Shown here one piece after another: positions 27,020 to 35,257 of a stretch of DNA of 64,000 nucleotides (positions are counted from its first letter, which is position 1; the number at the start of each line of letters is the position of its first letter). The notes beneath the pieces are model-generated. The model worked only from the letters and a program-made list of their open reading frames with translations. It was not told the origin of the DNA and ran no database searches. The position numbers and the translations under genes are program-made. The stretch spans positions 15,539 to 79,538 of the forward strand of contig JBDGRL010000002.1 in the NCBI GenBank assembly GCA_042218065.1. The letters run 5' to 3'. Source of the stretch: Candidatus Magasanikiibacteriota bacterium. GTDB taxonomy: Bacteria; Patescibacteriota; Patescibacteriia; Magasanikbacterales; UBA922.

Positions 27020-28180
27020 ATGAAAACTTTAAGAAAAAATCTTCAAAAACTCGGCTTTTCAAAAAATAAGATCGACGTTTATCTTGCTTTGTATGAAGAA
27101 GGTGAAGCAAAAGCTAGAAAGATTATTGATAAAACGGATTTACATAGGAATATTGTCTATACTGAGCTAAATGAGTTGATTGATAAAAATTTAGTTGCAA
27201 AAAAGGAGGAAAGCGGAGTTGCGGTGTTCCAGGTGCTTGCCCCACAAAGACTAATGCAAGAGATAAAAAGGAAAGAAGAGATAGCAAAAAACACTATAGA
27301 AGAGTTGCAGACTATCAATGAACCACAAAAACAGGAAATTGTTATACGAGAAGGCAAGGAAGAGCTTCGGGACATTTTGTATGAAATGCATGAAAATAGA
27401 GATGAAAATGAGGAGTGGAAAATATTAGGAGCCTCAGAAAAATGGTTTGAAAAAAATATTTTATCTCAAGATGATTACAATGAGCTGATCAAAAAACAAG
27501 AAAAAAAAGGTTTTAGAAAAAAAATAATTAGTTCCAGTTCAATTAAAGATTTTCCCGAGAGAAGTAATACTGAGTTTAAATTAGTACCCAGCTTAACTAC
27601 TGAAGATAATGAAGTACATGTTTTTGGAGATAAGGTAATTCATACTGTTTTGGTTGAACCTTATACGGTAATTGAGTTTTCAAACAAAAAATTAGTTAAT
27701 TCCTATGATAGTTTCTTCAACAGTCTTTGGAGCCAAGAAGTCATAACTTACAGAGGCTGGGATGAAATTAAAAATATGTATATGGATGTAGTTTTACCTT
27801 CATTGGAGTCAGGGGATGATAGTTATTTGTTCACGACTTACCCCCAACAAGAAAAGGAAGCTGAGATAGGAAGTAGAGTTTGGGATGAGTTTAATGAAAA
27901 ATGGAAAGAAAAAGGTTTAAATAAGAAATTTATCTTTTTTTCAGAAGAAGAGGCAGAAATAACAAAAGAGAGACACCGGGAAACCGGGATAAGAAAAAAA
28001 TGTGAGTATAAAACTCTACCTAAGGAATATTTTTCTGTCTTATCCATAGTAATTTACGGTGATAAATATGTGGCGCTAACTGATCTTTCCGAACCTGTTG
28101 CTACTTTGTATTCGAATGAAAATATAATCGAAAGTTATAAAAGTCATTTTAAGATGTTGTGGAATATTGCAGAAAAGTAA
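27020..28180 (+). CDS. TrmB-family wHTH transcriptional regulator with duplicated C-terminal domain
   Basis: LQKLGFSKNKIDVYLALY..HRNIVYTELNELIDKNLV; two repeats ending SYDSFFNSLW and SYKSHFKMLW. Confidence 0.82.
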   Translation: MKTLRKNLQKLGFSKNKIDVYLALYEEGEAKARKIIDKTDLHRNIVYTELNELIDKNLVAKKEESGVAVFQVLAPQRLMQEIKRKEEIAKNTIEELQTINEPQKQEIVIREGKEELRDILYEMHENRDENEEWKILGASEKWFEKNILSQDDYNELIKKQEKKGFRKKIISSSSIKDFPERSNTEFKLVPSLTTEDNEVHVFGDKVIHTVLVEPYTVIEFSNKKLVNSYDSFFNSLWSQEVITYRGWDEIKNMYMDVVLPSLESGDDSYLFTTYPQQEKEAEIGSRVWDEFNEKWKEKGLNKKFIFFSEEEAEITKERHRETGIRKKCEYKTLPKEYFSVLSIVIYGDKYVALTDLSEPVATLYSNENIIESYKSHFKMLWNIAEK

Positions 28181-28223
28181 AATAAGTTTTATCATACATA
28201 AAAATAATACTTCTTTTTACTTT

Positions 28224-29198
28224 ATGGTTTTATTACTTTACGGCGAAGACACCTTTCGCTCTAAGCAAAAATTGAAAAAAATGAAGCAAAAATTTAGCGA
28301 TGAGAGGGATAAAGAAGGTCTAAACTTAGTAAAGCTTGATGCAGAGAACTCTGAGCCAGGAGAGATCGAGGAGCAGATATTCGCATCTCCTTTTCTATCA
28401 GAGAAAAGAATGGTCATAGTTGAGAATTTTATAGAATCAGACCATGATAATCTGAAGGAGAGATTGTTGGAGAAAATAGAATCCAGGAAAATACCCGATT
28501 TCATTAATTTAATTTTTTGGGAGGGGGATATTGATCCAAATAAAGGAATAGCTCAAGATTTATTTGATCGACTGCAACAAGAAAAATACTCACAGGAGTT
28601 TAATAAATTTGAGGGGCAGAAGCTTCGGGCGTGGGTAAGTAATAAGATTGAAGATTTGGGGGGTGATATTAATAGAGGTGCTTTAGATTATATGGTCCGA
28701 CATGTGGGGAATGATATGTGGCAGCTTAATAATATTTGTCATCAGCTGGTTGCCTATACCGACAAAGGCACCATAGAGCGAGAGGATGTAGATGTATTTA
28801 TAAAAGAGGATGTAGATACCGATATATTTAATTTAATTGATTCGATAGTGGAGAAAAAACCGAAAGAAGTGTATAATATGATTCGTGAACAATACAGATC
28901 CGGAAAAGATCCTCACTATATTTTTGCTATGGTTTTACGTCAGTTTAGGATAATGTATAAGATAAATGATGCAATAGAGCGTGGAGAAAACCCAAAAGGT
29001 AAAAAATATGCCAATAAACTGGATCTACACCCTTATGTATTAAAAAAGACCCGGCCTGTAGCCGAGAAATATGAAAAAAATAAAATTGAAGATATTTACG
29101 ATAAGCTGCTAGATATAGACGAAAAAACTAAGACTGGACAGCACGACGAAGGGCTTTTGGTTGATGTTTTTGTTGGTGAGATTTGCAAAAATGCTTAA
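28224..29198 (+). CDS. holA: DNA polymerase III delta subunit
   Basis: MVLLLYGEDTF, SPFLSEKRMVIV, IFNLID, LHPYV..K, DEKTKTG; start at 28224 preferred. Confidence 0.9.
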   Translation: MVLLLYGEDTFRSKQKLKKMKQKFSDERDKEGLNLVKLDAENSEPGEIEEQIFASPFLSEKRMVIVENFIESDHDNLKERLLEKIESRKIPDFINLIFWEGDIDPNKGIAQDLFDRLQQEKYSQEFNKFEGQKLRAWVSNKIEDLGGDINRGALDYMVRHVGNDMWQLNNICHQLVAYTDKGTIEREDVDVFIKEDVDTDIFNLIDSIVEKKPKEVYNMIREQYRSGKDPHYIFAMVLRQFRIMYKINDAIERGENPKGKKYANKLDLHPYVLKKTRPVAEKYEKNKIEDIYDKLLDIDEKTKTGQHDEGLLVDVFVGEICKNA

Positions 29199-30337
29199 TC
29201 TATAGAGTTTTCAAGTTCTTCAATAGCCTCATCTCGTCTTTCTATAGCAGCTTCTATTTTTTCCATGACAACAGTATCTAGCCCCATATCTTTTGCTCTT
29301 TTTTGTGCTTGCTCTAATCTGCCACTTTCAATAAGTTTTTTAATAAAATCTGCAACAGATGTTTTTTCAGTGGTAGATTCTTCCTTTGTGAACTCCTCAT
29401 CCTTGCCTCTATAAATAACAGTTTCAAACATATTTTCATTAGAATCATCAACTATATTTATCCTTAACTGATTTTTTCCACTGGATGATCCGGCGCCTTG
29501 TTTTGCAGAGAGTTCAGCCTGGTCAGCTTGGGTTATCATTCTGCTAGCTATTGTTTTGGGTTTCCCAGCCAAGCTTTCTTTTGGTGAAACAATTCTTGAT
29601 CCCATACTTACAGATAAGTTTTTTTGTATTTTCCTTCTATCTTCATCAGAAAGACCAATAGTTTCGTGAATATCAATATCTGTTAGTTTATCAAAAAGTC
29701 TTTTAGGTGCGGACATTGCATTTTTTTTGCTACTAATCTCTCTAAACATTACACTAAACTCGTCACCACCCTCACTAGCTGCCACATCAGATTCTCTAAT
29801 TGTGTCTTCAATAACTCTTGCGATCTTTTTAATTATCTTGTCACCTGCCGGATGGCCAAAATTATCATTAATTTCTTTGAAATCGTCTATATCAATATAA
29901 ACTACATTAAAAAACTTATCTCTTTCTCTGTCTTCCCCTATTTCTTGGGCTAAAACCTCTCTTATGGGTCCCTTTTCCAGGAGACCAGTTAGATCATCCT
30001 CCCTCCCTTCTATTTTAGTTTCAGTGAATCTTATTGCATGATCAGCTATTATCTCTTTTTCTACTTGAGTTATTGTGTAGCCCTCACCTTTATCTTCTCT
30101 ATTTTTTTTAAGCCTGGCCTCAATATCTCTCTTAATAGTATCTTTAAGTATGCCCTTTTTTAGATTTTCCATTGGTTTACTTTCACTTCTAATTTTTTCG
30201 AGATATCCTTGTAAATCTTCTAGGCTTTCATCCTTTAACATATTTTCCAAATGGGATCTTGCGATAGTTTCACTCATATCAAATTCTTGGGTTTCTGGTT
30301 CTTCGCCTCTTCCTCTCTGACCTTCGCTTGTGTCCAT
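29195..30337 (-). CDS. GGDEF-domain diguanylate cyclase
   Basis: DDLTGL, DIDDFKEINDNFGHPAGD, GGDEF, SVSMG, QADQA. Confidence 0.9.
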   Translation of the reverse strand: MDTSEGQRGRGEEPETQEFDMSETIARSHLENMLKDESLEDLQGYLEKIRSESKPMENLKKGILKDTIKRDIEARLKKNREDKGEGYTITQVEKEIIADHAIRFTETKIEGREDDLTGLLEKGPIREVLAQEIGEDRERDKFFNVVYIDIDDFKEINDNFGHPAGDKIIKKIARVIEDTIRESDVAASEGGDEFSVMFREISSKKNAMSAPKRLFDKLTDIDIHETIGLSDEDRRKIQKNLSVSMGSRIVSPKESLAGKPKTIASRMITQADQAELSAKQGAGSSSGKNQLRINIVDDSNENMFETVIYRGKDEEFTKEESTTEKTSVADFIKKLIESGRLEQAQKRAKDMGLDTVVMEKIEAAIERRDEAIEELENSID

Positions 30338-30343
30338 ATTGTA

Positions 30344-30610
30344 CTATTGTTGTTTATTAACTTTCTTCTGCATCTGAGACATTATTCTAGAAGCTTTATT
30401 TTCTTTAATAGCACCGACTTTAGCTGCTTTGTCTAGTGCTTTTTGAAGATTTGAAAGTTTTTCATTTAACTCATCTTCATCAGCTCCATTTTTTATAGCT
30501 TTTTCTAGTTCTTTTTTGATTTTTTTATATTCCTCTTTTCTTTTGTTATTTATTTTTGTTCTTTTCTTGGTTTGCTTCAGGTGTTTTTTCGCTGAAGGTC
30601 TGTTTGGCAT
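30344..30610 (-). CDS. rpsT: 30S ribosomal protein S20
   Basis: MPN..SAKK..Q..KR...N; LDKAAKVGAIKENKASR. Confidence 0.95.
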   Translation of the reverse strand: MPNRPSAKKHLKQTKKRTKINNKRKEEYKKIKKELEKAIKNGADEDELNEKLSNLQKALDKAAKVGAIKENKASRIMSQMQKKVNKQQ

Positions 30611-30667
30611 ATTAATGTTTTTAATAAATTAATCTAGATTAAACTATAGTAAATTTAGTCTATTTTG

Positions 30668-31780
30668 TCAACTTTCTAACTCCGGGCCTTCTACTTGTTC
30701 AGCTTCTATTTCTTGCTCTACTTCGGTAATTTTAGCTACATCTTTATCTACTTTTCTCAACTCATCATAAGCAGTATTAAAATGATTCACTGTAGTAGAT
30801 AGAGTTTTTCCTAGCTTTTGCATATAAGTATCGTGATTTTGGATGTGGTTTTTTAACTTTTCTACATTTTTTCTTATTTCTTTGGCGCTTTCTTCTATTT
30901 GAAGAGATTTCAAACCTTGCAATACAGTTTGTAGATAAGCTGCGAATGTAGTTGGTGATACGATTATAACATTCTTGTCCTTGTGTGCATACTCGATTAA
31001 ATTTCTTGTAGTCGCTTCAGTAGAACCTACTTTATTGACTAGAAGATCATAATATATTGCTTCAGCCGGGATAAACATGAATGCAAATTCTAGTGTACCT
31101 TGGTTTGGTTTAATGTACTTGGAAGTCTCCTTGATTCTATTTTTTAAGTCTTTTTTAAGTTGTTTTTTTATTTTTTCTTTTTTATCTTTGTCTTCTGTTT
31201 TCATAAGTCTTGAGTAATTGTCCAATGAGAATTTTGCATCAACCGGTATTAGCCCATTTTTAGTTTTCACCACTGCATCTACTTGGTCACCATCTTCGAA
31301 TTTGTATTGCATTTCATATCCCATTGGAGGAAGAATGTTTTCTAGTATTAGTTTAAGTCCTGCTTCCCCCAGTGCTCCTCTTCTTTTTTGGTGGGTTAAA
31401 ACCTGTTTTAGATCTTGAAGCTGTTCTGAATAATCCATTACCTTCTCATTTGTCTTTTCTAAGCTCGTTAGTTTTTTCTGTAATTCTTTCAGTTCTTTTT
31501 TGCTATCTTTGGTTATATCTTTGATTGTTTCTTTGTTCTCTTTGTATTGTTCCTTGATAGATTTGTTTAATTTTTCCTTTGTTTTAGACATTTCTTTGTG
31601 GGTGTTTTGCATTTTTTCGTCTACAGTTTTATTTAGTTGCTGGATTTGTTTCTGTAGCATCATCATAGAATCTTTATTTTCTTCAGTTTGAAGCTGTTTT
31701 AGTTTTTTATACATTATATATATACCCACTAATGCGGCAATCAATAAAATTGTGAGTAAGATTAATAAAAGCTGTTCCAT
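30668..31780 (-). CDS. rmuC: DNA recombination protein RmuC
   Basis: N-terminal TM, coiled coil, RGALGE, PVDAKF, FAFMFIPAE, VSPTT. Confidence 0.93.
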   Translation of the reverse strand: MEQLLLILLTILLIAALVGIYIMYKKLKQLQTEENKDSMMMLQKQIQQLNKTVDEKMQNTHKEMSKTKEKLNKSIKEQYKENKETIKDITKDSKKELKELQKKLTSLEKTNEKVMDYSEQLQDLKQVLTHQKRRGALGEAGLKLILENILPPMGYEMQYKFEDGDQVDAVVKTKNGLIPVDAKFSLDNYSRLMKTEDKDKKEKIKKQLKKDLKNRIKETSKYIKPNQGTLEFAFMFIPAEAIYYDLLVNKVGSTEATTRNLIEYAHKDKNVIIVSPTTFAAYLQTVLQGLKSLQIEESAKEIRKNVEKLKNHIQNHDTYMQKLGKTLSTTVNHFNTAYDELRKVDKDVAKITEVEQEIEAEQVEGPELES

Positions 31781-31849
31781 TTAAATAGTGTTACTTAATG
31801 CCAAGTTATTATAACACTATAGGTAATGGATAGAAAATTTTAGTATATT

Positions 31850-31863
31850 ATATTTTACGACGC
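31850..31863 (+). repeat. Left arm of inverted repeat bracketing the parS array
   Basis: ATATTTTACGACGC, the exact reverse complement of 33159-33172. Confidence 0.7.
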
Positions 31864-32036
31864 AGAATTTATTCTTAATTAAGTGAAATTTAAGTTTGTT
31901 AAAAAGTGATTAAAAATTTAATCAGAATCTGATTTTATTAATTCTCGTTTGTATCTTAATTTATTTTATTTGAAATTGTTTCACGTGAAACAATATAGGC
32001 TTTTTAAACTAATAAGATTAAAATAAATATTTTAGC

Positions 32037-32065
32037 TTGATAAATTTATTGAAATTTGTTACTGT
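32037..32065 (+). promoter_or_regulatory. Putative promoter of the embedded structured RNA
   Basis: TTGATA-17 bp-TACTGT with extended TG. Confidence 0.5.
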
Positions 32066-32070
32066 GAAGT

Positions 32071-32365
32071 TGTTCTTTCAGGACAACGAGTTTGCTAGTG
32101 GTAATTCCTAGGATTACCTACTGGCATGCCCTAGCCATCTCTGGGAGCAGCTAATAGCTGCCTAAGATTGATGCTCCGTTCGGGCGAGTCCGGATAATCA
32201 ATCTTAGAAAAAGCTGGCAGCCGATGCTGGGGCTTACTTGCCTTCGGCAGGGCAGGACCTCCTCCCCAGTGAATCGGTTTGGGGTTTCACCCACCCCGCC
32301 TCCCGATAGATCTCTATTGCCCTGATCAAGCAATATATCTACCGGGAGGTAAACGGGTTTTTTTA
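32071..32365 (+). ncRNA. Unidentified ~290-nt highly structured RNA
   Basis: GC-rich island in AT-rich DNA with about 7 consecutive helices; G-U pairs favour the + strand; promoter upstream and hairpin plus U-tract downstream; no credible ORF. Confidence 0.7.
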
Positions 32366-32670
32366 TTTAAAATTGTTTCACGTGAAACAATTCTGCTCGT
32401 ATTTTACTCTGATATGGGTATTTAGCAGTAATTTTGCAGTTAAAATGTTTCACGTGAAACAATTTTACATCAATATACAGTCTTTTTGCTTATAAAAAAT
32501 GTTTCACGTGAAACAATTTAGTTACTTAAAACGTGTAAATAAGACAAAACACCGAAAAAAAGTGAATAATATTGTTTCACGTGAAACACTTTTTAAACTG
32601 AATAACCAAAATTATCTTTATTTGCATATTTATTACTTTTTTTTAGTATAGCTCCCTTTTTTATCTTAGA

Positions 32671-32699
32671 TTGATAACAGCTCCCAAAAATGCTATAAT
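32671..32699 (+). promoter_or_regulatory. Putative tRNA-Arg promoter
   Basis: TTGATA-17 bp-TATAAT with extended TG. Confidence 0.65.
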
Positions 32700-32800
32700 C
32701 ACCCTGTATTGTTTCACGTGAAACAATTTAAACCAAGAAAATATAGGAAATAGGGTAAATGAGATGAAAAATGGATGAAAATGTTTCACGTGAAACATTT

Positions 32801-32872
32801 GCCCTCGTAGTTTAATGGACAAAACAAAAGCCTCCTAAGCTTTAGATGCACGTTCGATTCGTGCCGAGGGCA
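32801..32872 (+). tRNA. tRNA-Arg (CCT)
   Basis: GCCCTCG/CGAGGGC acceptor, AAAGC-CTCCTAA-GCTTT, GCACG-TTCGATT-CGTGC. Confidence 0.95.
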
Positions 32873-33158
32873 CAAGTAAATACTCTTCATTAGAAAGGTG
32901 CTGAGTGTTCTTTTAGTGTATATTTAGACTCAATGTTTCATGTGAAACATTGAAAAGATAAATTAAACTTGTTAAACCCCTATAAAAGCCAAAAAGTTAT
33001 AAAGATATAGAAAAAAGTATATTTATAACTGAAAAGTACATAAAATTGTTTCACGTGAAACAATTTGGTAAAACCTTTAATCAAAAACGGGCTTGTTAAT
33101 TGTTTCACGTGAAACAAAGAGGAGTTAAAAATCTGTTTAGTTGTTTTTTGAAATTTTA

Positions 33159-33172
33159 GCGTCGTAAAATAT
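33159..33172 (-). repeat. Right arm of inverted repeat bracketing the parS array
   Basis: GCGTCGTAAAATAT, the reverse complement of 31850-31863. Confidence 0.7.
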
Positions 33173-33180
33173 TAATATCT

Positions 33181-33265
33181 TGTGGAAAACTTGTTGATAA
33201 GTTAAAAAAATTAGTGGATAAATTGTGTATAAGTTCTTAAAATCTGTTGATAAAGCTGTGGATAA
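33181..33265. promoter_or_regulatory. Phased cluster of six co-oriented DnaA boxes
   Basis: TGTGGAAAA 33181, TGTTGATAA 33192, AGTGGATAA 33213, TGTGTATAA 33224, TGTTGATAA 33245, TGTGGATAA 33257. Confidence 0.8.
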
Positions 33266-33356
33266 AAACAATTTAAACTAAATTAAGCTCAAATTATAAT
33301 AAGTTTATATAGATCCGTTTTTATCGACTAAATATTGAAAAATTCATCAATCAAGG

Positions 33357-33692
33357 CGTATTAGATCATAAAAAAATGTTACTGAAATGACTTACGGTTA
33401 GATCACAAAAAATGTTACTGTGGTGTGTTTAATTTTTTAAATTGAACACACCATGAACAATCAAGCTAAAACATCTTACCAGCGAGTGCAAGAGCACTCG
33501 CAGATAGACCAGAAAGTAAAAAATAAACTTAAAGAAAAATTTAAGCAACTTAACCCCAAACAACTTAAAGAAAACATAGACAAAATGATTAAAAAGATTA
33601 GAAAATCAGCCCAAAATACAAAATAATTTCAGTAACATGCTTTTATGATCTAACCGTGGGGGGTTGAGTAACAATTTTTATGATCTAAAGCG
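33357..33692 (+). mobile_element. 336-bp internally deleted IS (MITE-like; ISNCY/integrase-core type)
   Basis: Ends CGTATTAGATCATAAAAA / TTTTTATGATCTAAAGCG, two TTAGATCA..TGTTACT repeats per end, flanking 5-bp direct repeat CAAGG. Confidence 0.8.
33453..33626 (+). pseudogene. Transposase C-terminal fragment fused to its start codon
   Basis: MNNQAKTSYQRVQEHSQIDQKVKNKLKEKFKQLNPKQLKENIDKMIKKI resembles the KTPYQR...LNP tail of ISNCY-type transposases. Confidence 0.65.
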
Positions 33693-33732
33693 CAAGGTAC
33701 ACCCTTTTTAAAGTATGTGTTATAATAACCAC

Positions 33733-34392
33733 ATGAATTTGAAAAGAATAATCACAATATCAATCCTTTCGTTTGTTTTATTTGCCATTCTTCCGAAAAC
33801 TGCTGACACTCAGATGAGTGGAGGGGGTTATAATATTTATACTGACAAGTTTTCTGTGGTTAGTACTAATACTTCTACCGGTGGCGCTTATGAGATTACC
33901 CAAACTGGCGGGCAGTACTTTGCTACTAATACAAAAAAAGGCAGTTTTGAGTTGCGCGGAGGATTTCAAGCACAAGAAAAAGGAATTTTAAAGGTAAATT
34001 TAAGTAAAAATACCCTTGATTTAGGTACTATTTCAAAAAGCAATGTATCAAAAGGTAGTATAAAAGTCACAATAACGACTGATTCAGAAACTGGATATAA
34101 CTTATCTATAAGCGAAAATCATAATTTAAAGTCAAATTCATTAACAATAAATGATGTTTCAGATGGTTCGGTGACTGGTGGCAGTCAAGAGTATGGAATT
34201 ACTACAAAAGGGGCTGATGGTTTGCTAAACCAAGACAAAGGTATTTCTGGCAATTTAAATATAGCGTCACACGATGGACAGGTGTACAAACGAACAGTGG
34301 AGGTTATATTTAAAGCATCTTTGTCCAATACTCCTGCTAATAATGAAGATCTATCACACAAAGTGACATTCAACACAACTGTAAATCCTTAA
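33733..34392 (+). CDS. Secreted beta-rich surface protein (WxL-like C-terminal domain)
   Basis: Signal peptide; S/T/G-rich; TDSETGYNLSI; TGTTATAAT at 33718 favours the 33733 start. Confidence 0.65.
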   Translation: MNLKRIITISILSFVLFAILPKTADTQMSGGGYNIYTDKFSVVSTNTSTGGAYEITQTGGQYFATNTKKGSFELRGGFQAQEKGILKVNLSKNTLDLGTISKSNVSKGSIKVTITTDSETGYNLSISENHNLKSNSLTINDVSDGSVTGGSQEYGITTKGADGLLNQDKGISGNLNIASHDGQVYKRTVEVIFKASLSNTPANNEDLSHKVTFNTTVNP

Positions 34393-34393
34393 A

Positions 34394-35257
34394 ATGATTA
34401 GAAAAATAGCAGTTTTCATAATAATACTTGCTCTTTTTTTACCTTTAGAGGCTGAAGCTGTGTCAATTTCTCCTTTGCGCCAGGCAGTTTCTATAGAAAA
34501 AGGTGAAAAGAAACAAGTTCAGGTTAGCGTAAAAAACACATCAGACTCAAGAAAAAAATTTGTACCTGAGGTGAGCGGTTTTGATTTAAATAGTAGGGGG
34601 AGTATAAATTATGAAGCAGAAAGTATAGCTGAAGACTGGTTGCTTTATGACAGAAACCCCTTTGTTTTAGACCCCGGAGAAGAGAAGGAGGTCAGTTTTA
34701 CTATTAATATTCCAAATGAAGCTAAATCAAAGTCTTATTATTTGGTATTATTTATAAAAAGGGCAGGCATTGAGAGAAAGATGGCCGCCAGCCCAAAAGT
34801 AGGGTCTTTGTTATTTGTTCATGTAGCTGGGACTAGAGTAGAGAAAATGAGTATAGATAGTTTTGTGTCTTCTCGAAATTATTATTTTAGTACTCCGGTA
34901 AATATTAATATGAATACGAGAAATCTGGGTTCTATTCATGTTATACCTCAGGGAGCTGTAAGTATATTAGACAATGGAGAAGTGGTGGCAAAGAAAGAAA
35001 TAAATAAATCTAAGCAGATGGTTTTGCCGGATGGTACCTTTTCTAGAGAATTATCTTTTTCTAACTTAAATTGGACAGAAACCGGAAAACTAAAAGCAGT
35101 AGCTTATTTAAAATATGGCAGAACCTCAAAAACTACCTCTGCTTCTACAGAATTTTGGTTCATACCCAAAAAAGTTTTGATTTTTACTGGTGTCTTGATT
35201 ATAGCTCTGCTTTTCTTACTTTTTAGATTGAAGTCAAAAATAAAAAAATATGACTAA
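34394..35257 (+). CDS. DUF916-like Ig-domain protein with C-terminal TM anchor
   Basis: AVSISP, V.VKN, W, LDPGEEKEVSFTINIP, N.GSIHVIP.G; C-terminal TM plus basic tail. Confidence 0.7.
   Translation: MIRKIAVFIIILALFLPLEAEAVSISPLRQAVSIEKGEKKQVQVSVKNTSDSRKKFVPEVSGFDLNSRGSINYEAESIAEDWLLYDRNPFVLDPGEEKEVSFTINIPNEAKSKSYYLVLFIKRAGIERKMAASPKVGSLLFVHVAGTRVEKMSIDSFVSSRNYYFSTPVNINMNTRNLGSIHVIPQGAVSILDNGEVVAKKEINKSKQMVLPDGTFSRELSFSNLNWTETGKLKAVAYLKYGRTSKTTSASTEFWFIPKKVLIFTGVLIIALLFLLFRLKSKIKKYD

Larger units (their letters stand above)
31977..33116. promoter_or_regulatory. parS: Array of ten parS centromere sites
   Basis: TGTTTCACGTGAAACA at 31977, 32374, 32446, 32500, 32573, 32710, 32782, 33047, 33101; one-mismatch copy at 32934. 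Confidence 0.92.

Noticed and set aside
31841-31870. dif site
   Set aside because: Only weak similarity to the XerD arm, no XerC arm, and the location is origin-proximal
32071-32365. RNase P RNA, tmRNA or SRP RNA; also ORF 32151-32333
   Set aside because: No GAGGAAAGUCC/P4, tRNA-like ends or SRP domain IV motif seen on either strand; the ORF is antisense to the structure and has no protein-like features
31977-33116. parS repeats as a CRISPR array
   Set aside because: The repeats are 16-bp palindromes matching parS, gaps vary from 38 to 381 bp and contain a tRNA, and no cas genes are present
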